Both the position numbers and the translations under genes were made by a program. DNA of 64,000 bases from Raillietiella orientalis (lineage: Eukaryota). How positions within the stretch are numbered: position 1 is the first letter of the stretch; each line of letters starts with the position of its first letter. The notes beneath the pieces are model-generated. The model was not told where the DNA came from, did not search any database, and saw only the letters and a list, made by a program, of their open reading frames with translations. The DNA lies in contig JAYWIR010000025.1 of NCBI GenBank assembly GCA_036172245.1, forward strand, positions 620,001 to 684,000, written 5' to 3'. Shown here piece by piece: positions 49,801 through 61,141 of the stretch.

Positions 49801-52800
49801 CGTCTGTCCTCCTCTAGGCAGCAGCATGATGCGCGCTTCTTCCCTCCTTCCTCTCCGTCCGAGCCATCTCCAAGCAGCCACCGGTCCGACGGCGCAATCC
49901 AGTGGTTGAGCCGTCGGATCACCTCCCTCCCGTCGTCCCCTTTCCGTCCCTCTTGTGCCCGTTGGGGTGATGGACAGACTAGCGATCCTCGCTGAGGCGC
50001 CATCTCCCTGTCCTCCGGCGGGGGAGGGTCGCCCTCCATCCGAGGAAGCCACGGATCGCCGCTCATCTGTCCGGAGAGTCTGAGCTCCGGACCACCTGTA
50101 GTCGCGCCCGTCCCCCGCTACTCTGCCGCTTTCCTCCCGGGGACGGGAGGCACGGCAGCAGGAGGAGGAGGTCCGGGCGATCCCTCGCCGGACGTGCGCC
50201 ACGCATGCGCGGGATGGTCGCTCCCACCTCTGCGTGCGATTCGGGAGGGGACACCGCCGTCTTCGAGGGACCGACTGCGCGTCGAGGACGCTTCCGCCCC
50301 GAGGCCGGCGGCGAGAGAAAGAGGGAGGAGGCTCACCGTCGGGCTCCTCGCGGCCCACGATGGCTCGGGAGTCCTCGCGAGTGCGCGCGATTTCGGTCCC
50401 TTTGAAGGGCGTGCCGCAGCTTGGCGTTGGAAAGAACCCTCCGTTCTCCCGAAGCAGTCCCTGGCAGGGGCCATGAGACGCTCGCTCGCGTGTGTGTGGA
50501 AGGTAGCCCATCCCCCGGTCTGCGGGGGTGGTCGGCCAGTATAGGAGGGGACTTTTTCTGCCTCCCGGCTCCTTGGCGACGCCTTCTCTCGCGAGGGCAA
50601 GCGGAGGAGGAGGTGCCGAGACCCGACACGTAGCCCGGCCCGCTGCTACCGCTGAAGCCCCCCCCCTTCTCCTGAGGGAAGGCCGTGGGAGTGGGGGGGC
50701 CCGTCCTCTCCTCTTCTCGATGCAGGTCACGGTGCCAGACCTTCTTTTCCCTCTCCTCTTTGCTCTTCGCAAGGATAGCCCTGTCTCCCCAAGGTGGGCG
50801 GTCTCCAGGCACCGGACGCCTCAGGGGGATCCTCGCCGAGGTCCCGCTCCCGCCGCTGGGAGAATTCCCTTCCACGATGACCTTCCTTGCAAGCTGTCCG
50901 CGGCGACTCCGATGCAGGCGCCTGCCATGGGCTCGTTGTGCAGGAAATCGGGCACGCCGACGAGTTATTTTGTTTCCATGGAGAGAGAGGCGTTCCCTCT
51001 TTCCCCGAGGTGAGACTCGAGTCCGACTCCCGGCGTCCACCCGCAGTTCCTTAGCGAGGACCATCCCCTCAGAGGCGGTCGACCGTCGGCCGCCACGGCC
51101 ATGGTTGCTGGCGCTCTCGGCTGTAACGCATCTCCGAGTTGGCGCGCTTGACGCGGCCCAGGATTCCTCTGCGAGCCTCCGCTTCGCTTCCTCTCTCTCT
51201 CCTCCTTGCTCACCGGTCTGTGAATGTGAAAGCAGTGAATGGGGGGGGGGGAAGCTCGAGCGGGGGCGAAGAGGACGAAGCGGAGGAGAGGGTCCTCCTC
51301 TTTAGGTTTCCGGGCTGCTCGCCGCCTCCTCCCACCATGTGCTTTCTCAAGTCCCTTACCCTTCCGATCTCCCGCAGAGGTCCATCGAGCCGGCGACCGC
51401 GAGGAATGACCGTCCGTTCTTCCGGCGAGGATGTGCGCACAGTTAAAAGCCGGGAACCAGGGACGCTTCCTCCGGAAGCAGCGACGAGGCCGAGGATACC
51501 GGGCTAGAGGGGTGGATCGTCCCGGACCCTCCGAGCGACCTCACATTGCGGAGCGCAAGCGGCGGATGAGCGTCGTTCCGAGAGCGCCCCCCCCCCCCCG
51601 GTGCTCCAATTCCGAGACCTCGGGGGAGGAGGGGGGGCGGAAGGAAGGAGCTGCCCTGCCCATCGAGGACTCCAACCACGTCGAGGGCAGGGGTCCAGCA
51701 GACGCGGCTTTCCGCTCACCGTGAAGGTTTCTCGTCGCCACTGCGGTCGCTGCGTACGTCCGCTGCGCCCTCCCGAGACGATTCCGGAATGTTCTCTCGC
51801 CCTTTCCCCGAAGAAACGAGTCGACAAGACGCGCGTCGGGGACCCCGACGGGCAGCGACGCCCAACAGCCAACCAGGATCCTCCTCTCCGCGGGTTTCCT
51901 CCCTGCTCCCAGGATCCGCATGCCCGAGCGTGAGCTCCCGCCGGTCACGGTCGCAAGAGCGAGTCCGACCGATTGCCTCCGGCTATCAGCAGAGGGTCTT
52001 GTCTGTCACAAGCGACCCCTGGCTGGCGTTTCTCGGGTCAGCAAACAAACGCGACTCACGGGAGGATCGGCTGACCGGATGCCAGCCGATCAAAAGGTGC
52101 CGAGCCGGGGGCGGCAGAGCGAAAGGTTGGGCTGCCGGCTCGCGGCTCCACCTTTCGGCTCCCCTCGTGGGCGCGGGTCGCCTCCGGGAACTCTTTGTTT
52201 GAAGTCTACCACCGAGCCCTGTCGCCCCTTGCCCCAAGCGGCGGGAAATCCTCGCCCACGCCGGTCGCCGCCGGGTGGCCCAGTCGCCCTCGTCCCCGTC
52301 CCTCCGCCTCTCTCGCCATCGAAAGGTGTGCAGAAGAAACCCTTCGGCGGGAAGCTTTGAGCAGGACGCAAGTCCGAGGTCGCGTGCACCGGGATATACG
52401 GAGGACCACTGCGAGGAGCAGGGTAGGGCGGGATCCCCGCCGCTAGCTGCCCCTCCCCCCCCCTTTTTCGTCCAGAGGTCTATTCTTGAGGAGAACTGAA
52501 GGAACCCCGAGGTTCCCTACATTTCATTCGCAGTTTCCGGTGGTCATGGAACGTTCGTCGTCGGCGCTTCTCCATTTCTCCAGAGGACTCCCGTGCCTCG
52601 GACAGTTCGTCCCGCGCGCCCTGCGCCCTTCTTTTGGCAGCTCGGGGGAGGGATAAGGGTTCCCCCCGAAATTCGCCCGCGGACGTCGGGGCTGCTCCTC
52701 CACTCCCTCCCTCTCTCGGCATTCTAGAGGCCACCGCCTCTCCGGCGGCGGCACTGCGGTGTCTTTTCCGGTGTCAGCATCTCGCGCCTCTATGGTTCCG

Positions 52801-53699
52801 CCCGTGAGGGTGCCCGGCGGCTTTTCCGGAACTCCCAAGAATGCGCCCGGCGAGGCGGGTGGTGGGCCCGGCAGCTTCGGAAAGGGCGTGTTCGCTTGCT
52901 CGCTCAAGAGCATTTTCCATTTGTCATCCCTTTCGGAAGAGGGGGAAGAAAGGGGTGACACATGGGTGCGCTCTGGTGGGAATTCTGAGGGCGAAAACCC
53001 CGTAGACGGCCTCCCATTCCCGTTGGGGGGCAACTTGCCCGGAGATCCGCGCTCGCGGCTACGGCGATGGGGGGAGTCTTCGACGGCTCTGCAGGGCCCG
53101 CAAGTCCGGCGAAGCCTGGGACGACCCGGCGCTGCGCCCGCCCCGCTTCCAGTTGACGGGGGCTGACACGAGAGGGACAGGCAGGTCACGCGTGCAGGCC
53201 ACTGCCGCCGCCCCACTGGAATTTCGCCAGCGCCTCGTGACGAAGCTCCCGTCGAGTCGCCTTTGGATGGGGCCGCCGGGTGTTCAGCGGCGTAGGGGAC
53301 GTCGCCGAAGAAACGGAAGCGGCGTGAGGGACTGCCGCGCCCTCGCACTTCACGAGGTTCCTCGTGGCGCGGTACCGGACTGGACGCAGGGAGGCCACGC
53401 CTAATGCGGTTCAAAAGCGACTTCAGGCGCCGTCGGCAGAACCAGACTGAGGGAAGTCGGCGTTCGTAGGCATAGGGGGACCCGGCAGTGACATCGGGAA
53501 CCTCCGGACAGTCGGCGGGACAGTGTGACGAGCCCCGCATAACCACCGGAAAAAAGCATGCGCCCTGCTGGAGCACGAGAAGGAAGAAGTTCCCCCATTC
53601 ACTCCCTCTCCCCCCTCCTGCCGCCGCCTCCGTGCAGCTCTCTCATGATGGAACTTTGGGAGGAAGAGGAAGGAGGAGAGGGAGATCATATGTAGGGTG

Positions 53700-55500
53700 A
53701 CTGACGGAGGTCTGGTTCCCCTCTTCATGCACTTGTTTCACGCCTTCCGGGCGCCCCTTGCCAGTTATCCAGCTCTGACGCACGCGTCCTCAAACATTTC
53801 CTGCTGGAAACTTCCCTCTGCTGAAAGACTTCCCGTGTCTTCCGGTGGCCGAAGAATCCGCTCTGGTAAGCACACAACGCTGACCAAGGGTAGGGCAGCA
53901 GTGCTCGCCCTTTCTCTTCGGCGGAGAGCACGCAAACCTTCATGACCACCGGTTTGTGCATACGGAGGCCACTGAGCTGTGCAGCCCTGGCGCGAGAGAA
54001 ATCGCTCGCACTCATCTTAGATGGTCGCATCCTCTGCTCCACGGAGGCACGACGAGACGATTCCTCTCCTCCATCAAAAGGTGCTCAGAAGGATTGGTGA
54101 CCTGCATGTACCCGCGTCAACTGCCCTCCTCCCCTCACTCGGACCGGCTTACTGCCGCGAGGGACGGGTCGTACTGGGTGTCGACTGCTCCTCCTTCGAA
54201 AGCTCCCCAGAATCCTCGCGGGAGACCAGACAGAGGAAAGGAAGAGAAAGCGGACGGCCAGTGCCACTCCGCTGGGATCCTGCGTCAACGAGGGTGCTAG
54301 TCTTAGGCGCGTGGGATCCTTGGGCGCAGGGGGCGATGCGGCGTGAAGAGAGAGGCACCGGAAGCGAGGAAGTAGCCGATGTATTCCAGCGGCACCCGTC
54401 CTCCGCCGGCCGTCTTTTGGAATGCTCGCCTGGGGCACTGCCCGTGGGGAAGGAGCTGCGTCTCTTGCGGAAAGTGCTACCCTCGGCCCGTAGGCGGAAT
54501 GGACGGGAAACAGACGGAAGAGGTCGGCAGCCGCCTTTTTATATCAGGTGGAAATGTGCAAACGGATGAGAATTCCCACCAGGATCGGAGGGACATCTTG
54601 AGGAGACGCGCTGCAGTCGACGGGAGCGGCACCAGCTCTGCAGGATCATCCCTCGAACCCATTCGTTTTTGCCCGCCCTGGATGGCGGGTTGCCGTGGGA
54701 TCGCTCCCGACGAGTCTTCGCATCCCTGGAAGCAAAAACGAAAACCTGGAACGGCGGATCGAAGAGGGCCCGCGCAGCCTGCAGAAAGTACACCTCGAGT
54801 AAGTAAGTAAGTAAAGTAAACCCCCGAGCTCCTGGTGTTTGCCATGTCCCCCAGCGATCCTGGGAAACCACACGAAGTCCCCTTCCCCCCTCCCTCGCAC
54901 CACCAGAAGCGCTCCGTTCTGCAGCCGGGAGCAAACCTCTTTATCATCCCAGCAGCAGGCCGTGTCCACAGCGAAACCGTCTCTGACAAGATCGGTGCGT
55001 GGGAGCGCAAGGAGCGGCCATTGTTCTCAGGGTGGGGGGTGAGCGGGTGGCCAGACGCTGAGGAGAACCGTCCGTTTCTCGGAGAATCTGTTGCCGAAGG
55101 GCGAGAGGGTTGCCATCTACCGGCGAAAAGGGGAAACGCAAAACCATCGGGTGAAGCGATCTTTCTCTCTCGGGAGAGAGAGAAGAGAAAAGGAAGAAAC
55201 AAAACGGCCCTGTGATCAAAAAGATCGAGCTGCGCCAGAGAACTGGCGCGTCCCTCGCCCCGTTCTAGCAAAAAAGGGCTGCCTTGCGACGTGTCTCTAC
55301 GATCCGGACGGTTCCTGTCAGCTGGTGACGGATCCAGGAAGGAAGAAGTTTACTTCCTTTTCTGGACGAGGTGAAGGGAGGAAGCGGGAGACGCACTCCT
55401 TCCCGAGCTATATCCTCCTGCCTCCGGTTTTCGAGGGCCGCGTGCTCGAAAGGCAGTTCCTACCGCGCCGCTGCCGCCTCAAGCCTCGAAACCCATTGCC
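53700..55500 (+). mobile_element. Possible very old L1/Tx1-like ORF2 relic
   Basis: Weak collinear remnants: HDHRFV (about 53940; resembles APE SDH), LRWSHPLL, and RVPRPVLAKKGCLATCLY (about 55250-55300; resembles RGVRQGCPLSPLLF). Very degenerate. Confidence 0.25.
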
Positions 55501-57249
55501 TTGGTAGCGCCCACTACCGCAGCCAGACGGGCATTCGCGCCACCAGTTCCTCTCTGGGACGAGACGCAACCGCCATGGGTGGCGGCATAGAGCGCCTCGC
55601 CGGAAGGCGGGGCGGGAAGTGCGGGCGCACCGACCTCTGCCTGCTTGATGCCACTGGCGGATGAGGGGGGCCCTCGTCGGCCCGAGGAAGGGCAGACGAA
55701 TCGCAGACGACGAAGAAGAAAAACAGGAGGAGGTGCGGCTCCAGGAGTTCCTCCAAGCAGCCTCTGCTAGGAAGGGTCGCTCCCTGCGCCCGGCGGCAGG
55801 CCTTTGCTCGTTTTTTCCCTCCCCAGTTCTGCGCGCCTATGGCCCTCCGCTCGCGCTTGCGTCCGGCGCCACTCTCGCCCTCCCCGGTGACGCCCGGCGG
55901 GCTTCCTGGGTTTCTGCGGACGCTGGAAGATGGTGCCCCCGTCCCCGTCCTGGTGCTCTCGTGCTCCCCCGACGGCGCTCTTGGGGAGGTGTCTGGGACG
56001 CTGGAGCACGGGCGAGCCCTAATTTTGGAGCCGGCCGGCCCGCGTGCCTCCGCGGTTTTCGCGGCTTCTCGTGAAGGCGGAGGAGCCGAAAAACCGGCGT
56101 CCAGGGGGAAGGTGTCGCCGTCGGCGGAGAATCGTCCCAGGGGAGAGTGCCGGGAGCTCGCGAGAGTCGAATGAGGGAGAGAAGGAGGAAAAACTATTCC
56201 GGGTGGGCAGGGTGCGGAGGTCGAGGGCAGCCGAGGTGCGAACAGAGCGCCCTTCGCAGGACATCCTTCCAGGAGCAACGGGAATCCTCGCCCGTGGCGC
56301 CGTCACCCTCTTTGCGACGATGGTCCCTTGGGAAAGAACAAATCGCTAGCCACAGGAGCGGAACCACGTCCTCTCCCTTCCCCCAACCTCTCCCCTCCTT
56401 GGCGCCCGGGCTTCCACGCGTGGGAGGGCTTTCTCCCTCGTCACCACCAGGTCCCTGAAGCCTTGCCATTTTCAGTCCAGTTCACGAACTACCGCCGTTT
56501 CTTGAGACGGACATCGAAGCGAAGGGTCATCGGGCGGCGCACGATGGCGCAGCGGAAGGACGTCGCGGCGGTCTGCGTTCTGCTGGCGCTCGGTCGCGCG
56601 GAGGAGACTGCGCGCCTGCGCAACCCGTTCTCGGCGGCATAGGTCCGCGAGCGTCCGCGTCCGGTGTATCACTTGCGTGTGCGCTCCGCTGCTGGTTGGG
56701 CAACTCGTCGGCGGAGTGCAGGCGCGCGCCGAGCGTTTCTGAAAGCGCGGGCCGGCCCGCCCCGAGTCCGCTGCCCTGCAAATGGGTTGATCCCTCCGTT
56801 CTTCGAGCCGGGCGGCGATGACTTTCTGGGGCGCGCTGAACGAGGAGTGAGGGCTATCGACGCCGAGAGAGATCAGACAGAGATCCTATCGGGACGGGTC
56901 GAGAGCTCGTGGACCGGCATCAGGAGGTGTAAGTTCAACAGAACGCAGCGTCTCTGGTCAGTGGTGGCAGGCTTCTCTCCGGGGTTGGACAGGTAGCAAA
57001 TGAAGCGCCCGTTTCCTTCCCCCGCGTGCACCCCCATCGTCCAGTGCGATCCTCAGCCATAGCATCCGCCCTTCTTCCTACCATCCCCCCTAGCTTTGCT
57101 ACAGCAACCGCCCGGTATTGCTGTTTGCTGGAGGAGCCATACACGGACGGGAGTTCTCTATTCTTTCTTTAGTGGCCAAGCTTCGACGAGATGCTAGCAC
57201 TCGCGGTGGATCAGCAAGACCGCTCAAGATGATCCTCCGCTCAGAACGG

Positions 57250-59950
57250 ATCAGATCGCATGAGCTGCAAACACAAAAATCAAAAAGACTAAAATAAAAT
57301 AAAACAAAAAGATAAAAAAAAATATGCAAAAAGGAACGAAGTGAAGATTGTGTGGAGGGTGAGAACTTTGCAAGACGCACCGTGGGGATGCCAGTAGCCG
57401 CTTCCTCGGACTGCCTCTTCTGGAAGTGGAAGGAACAGCGCGAGTTCCACAACGTGCGAACTCCCGATCCTTCTCTCCTGAGCGGCGGCGAACGGGAAGC
57501 CTCTTCTCGAAAGGGAAGGTTTGGCCTCGACACGAGCGTGTCCGTAGAGGGATACCAGAAGATGCATCTGCCGATCTCGCTCGTCGAGGGCAGAGACCGA
57601 GCATGGGAAGAACGCTGGTGAGAACGTCGAGGCTATTATTGCCGGGCTCGTGGAGCCGCTGGCACCGACCGTCGACAGCCCGACTCTGTCCGGTCGCGAG
57701 ACGAACGACGACGCGGACCCAGAAGGCACGAGTCGAGTTCGGGTGGAGCCAGTGCCTCTGCCAGTCCCCCGAGCTCAAGACAAACTTCTTCTTGTGCTGG
57801 TAGTTCAACCAGCCACAAGAAGAATTTCCTTTTGCATCGGGTTCAGTGTGCTGGCCGGCCTAATCTTTGCTTTCCGATAGCTCCTTTCTCACTTCGGATG
57901 CAGCTCCACGAGAAGATGCGATGAGGAATCATGGTGGATGCCCCCTGCTGGGGAGGATTCGGTTTTCGCGGGGACTTGCTCGATGAATGACCTTGCGTAA
58001 ACCAGCGGACAAGGGATCTACCTCCGATCTCTCTGGATCATGCCTCCCCCAAGAAACTGGCATATCCGAAGACGGACTCAGTGCTCTCCCGGAACTCGAA
58101 GAATCAGCTTGTCGTGGTTGAGGAAGGGAGGGTCGTCCTCAGAGTTTCCAGGCAAGTCCGAGACCACTGGGGAATAACGGAAGACTGCCACACCGTAGGG
58201 TCACCCGAAATGAAGCCCTGCTCCAGAACTGCGGCGAACGGGGCTGCGCCCTCAACTCTGTTCCGTTTGCTCCAAGTCCGCCCGGAGACGCAGAGAAACT
58301 CGTCACACGCCTCTGGCACTCCGTTCTGAGGTCTTCGAGCTTGCACCGAGCCACTGGGAAAATCCGGGATGCCGCATCGGACAGGTTCGTAAGGAACGCG
58401 GGAGAGAAAGCCATGGGGCGGGACGGGAGACCTGTCCGATGGCCACAGGCCGCGCGAGCTGCCGAAGAGGTGCTGCTCCTTAGAGTGGACAAGGAAGATG
58501 CGGAAAACAAAGAGGAGCGGAATCCAAACTCGTCCCGTACCTCCGATCAGAATTCCAGCTAGAAACATCGAAGGGCAAGGCAAGACCAGACGTCGTACCG
58601 TATCAAGGAAAGAACTGGTTGCCCCAAACGATGCCATCCGGATTTTTTTTTTTTTATGACGAAGGGTTAAGGACCAGCTCGTGAACCGAAGCACTATCGT
58701 AAGTCATCATCCGGTTCTCATCCGAGGAAAAGGTCAAATGGAATCTTCTCTAAGCCGCCTGAAGCGAGAGGTTTTTTCTCCTTTCCCTGGACCTTTCGGG
58801 GTGGTGATTTTCTCGATTGCTGCGGATTCGGGGGCGGATGGATTCTCCACGTGCACACCTAGAGGTCCCCCCCCACATTAACACGCGGACGCTGCGCTGC
58901 TGGCACTCTCGCGATCTTTCAAGGGCAGATCTGACGATACGAATCCTTCTCCGGGGATTCCAGGCAGCTCCAAGAATCATCCAATCATCCCGGGAGAAAG
59001 TTGCGTCTCGAAGCGAGACGTGAGTGAGCCGGAGACATGGCCCCGGAGACGTCCAATCTCAGAGAACTCATCAAAACAGAGGTGTTGAGATAAATGAGGT
59101 TGAGATCCGTCTCGAGATCACAATCTCGCTGATTCTAGAAGGAATGGCTACAGTGGAGGAGGAGATCAGTCTCCCGATCCTTAGATGATGCTTCAAGATA
59201 GGCTCCTCAAACATCTCGAAAGTTCATTTCGAGGAATGCTGCGGACAGCGTAGCGGCAAGCAGCGAGTTTGGCGACGGTTCTCGAGTTCTGGGTTCTGAG
59301 TGTACACCGCCTACGTTCCTCATTCGCATTTCATGCAGATGTGCATGGGAGTGAGTAGAAAAATTAGACGCCCAAGGATGCAACAAGTGGAAAGCTTCCG
59401 TTTAGCTTCGCCACCTTCTTCAGCATCTCCATTCCTTGGAGTCATATCTTAATTCAACCATCTCCCTTTAAAAAGCCTGGTTCAAAAAATTCGGATCAAT
59501 TTGTCATGATCAGATAAATGGCCTGAGAAAGAGCCTGCATAGTTAGCTGCATCTAAATCAAGATGAACGAAACCTTCTATTCGGCAAGGATGTCATATTG
59601 ACAAAAAGGGCAGCAAGTTTACTAAGGTAGATACATTCCATTGCTAGTAGCAACTGCACAATTAGATCACCAAGCTATCAATGGAAGAATCTCTACACAG
59701 GTTTGATCTCCAAAATACCCCAAATTGTCCCGATAAAATTCAACAGAATGAAGAGTTCTTGTTGCAATGTTTCGGTTTCAACAGGAGCGTAAAGAGGTCA
59801 GGATCGCTTTCTTGTACATAAGGAATCCTTCAGAGTTGTCAGTGAGTTCTTTAAGCAGAGGAACGCACACTGAAATCTCTCCACATAGGAAAAAAATTCA
59901 TGTTACTCTTTCGTAACAGTACGAATAGAGCTCTTTTGGATTTCAGGGTA
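57250..59950 (-). mobile_element. Decayed L1/Tx1-like retrotransposon ORF2 relic (approximate limits)
   Basis: On - strand in the expected order: GD.NC-like (about 59660); HLSDHDKL (SDH at 59506-59514); RT-like MTYDSASVHELV...FGATSSFLDTVRRL (58590-58710); FGSSRGLWPSDRSP (about 58430-58470; resembles F.SSRGLRQGDPLSP); then a T-rich 3'UTR-like tract at 57270-57340. Confidence 0.5.
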
Positions 59951-61141
59951 AACTTTAAGGAAAGACTTCGGATTATTGAAGTTGGCAAACACTCCTCGAG
60001 TTCTCAGCTCACCTTACTAGTAGCGCGTGTCAATCAAAAGAAGTGAAGGGAAAACAACAGAACTTGTAAAAGAACAACAAATGTATAAACTAAGTAAGAG
60101 TTTTTTTTAGATGCTATTACAGAGTTTCTGTATGTGTGCAGAGGAGATACCTGCTACTTAACCATTCTATAAAACTCGTATGTCAGAATTTTTTAACATA
60201 TCTGCGAATCGAAAAAGGGATCTAATGATTGCAAATGAAGAATATTCTTCAGAATAGTCACACTTAAATTACCTAATTTCAAAACTGTTGGGGATTTTTC
60301 TCTAAATTATTTTGAAACAGGAAACTACTTCCTACGTAAACAGTGCTCGTAGCAGAAATGGTTCTTTACTGTTGAAAGCGATTCTCGTATATCCTCTTTG
60401 AAATTTCTGCAATATTTCCAAATTATTCACTTATACTGAGTGGGTACTGAGTATTATTTTGTGACATGCTGTTCTGTATTGCTTCCTTTCCAATATAAAT
60501 TTCATCGAAGTAGGCCAATTTAATAATAATATGCCTATACTCCCATTGTTTTTCGACGCAGATGTCATGGTAGTTTTCAAAACAAGATGAGATGTTTTAT
60601 ATAGAGAATGTTGCACAGGAGAGGAAGTTAATTGTGGCTAAGTAATACTTGTAACAGTGACTTTTAGCTCAAGGCGTCGTTTTGGTTAAACGAAAGCAAA
60701 ATAGAAGAACACATTCGCACTGAAATTTTTTTTATCTTTGTTAAAACCTTTCTAACAATAAGCTCTGGAAAATCACAGACATTTTTTCCTGAAAACACAC
60801 CCATTCGAAGACCAATCTACCAACGAAAGATATTCCTTCTAAGAATAAAGTAACAGAGTTTGTGGGCACTTCTTAATATCATCCCTAACGAAAAAGTACT
60901 TTTTAATTTCTTTAGTAGGAGTTTTCGAAAGTGGAATACATCTGTAAGACGTGCATATGGCTTTAAAATTTTATTCGTACAAATGGCTGTATTACTTGGT
61001 TGTGTTCTGGTACTCTTGGTGAATCGAAAGTCCAGAAATTCAAGCGTGTTCGGCGGTATGGCAGGACGAGTTTCAAACAGTTTTACTAAGTCCCTGTGGT
61101 GGAATATAATTCGAAAAGACTGAAAACAAAAGTATTATATA

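Noticed and set aside
48080..53576. Long ORFs of 350-433 aa on both strands
   Set aside because: Low-complexity GC artefacts; no conserved motifs recognised.
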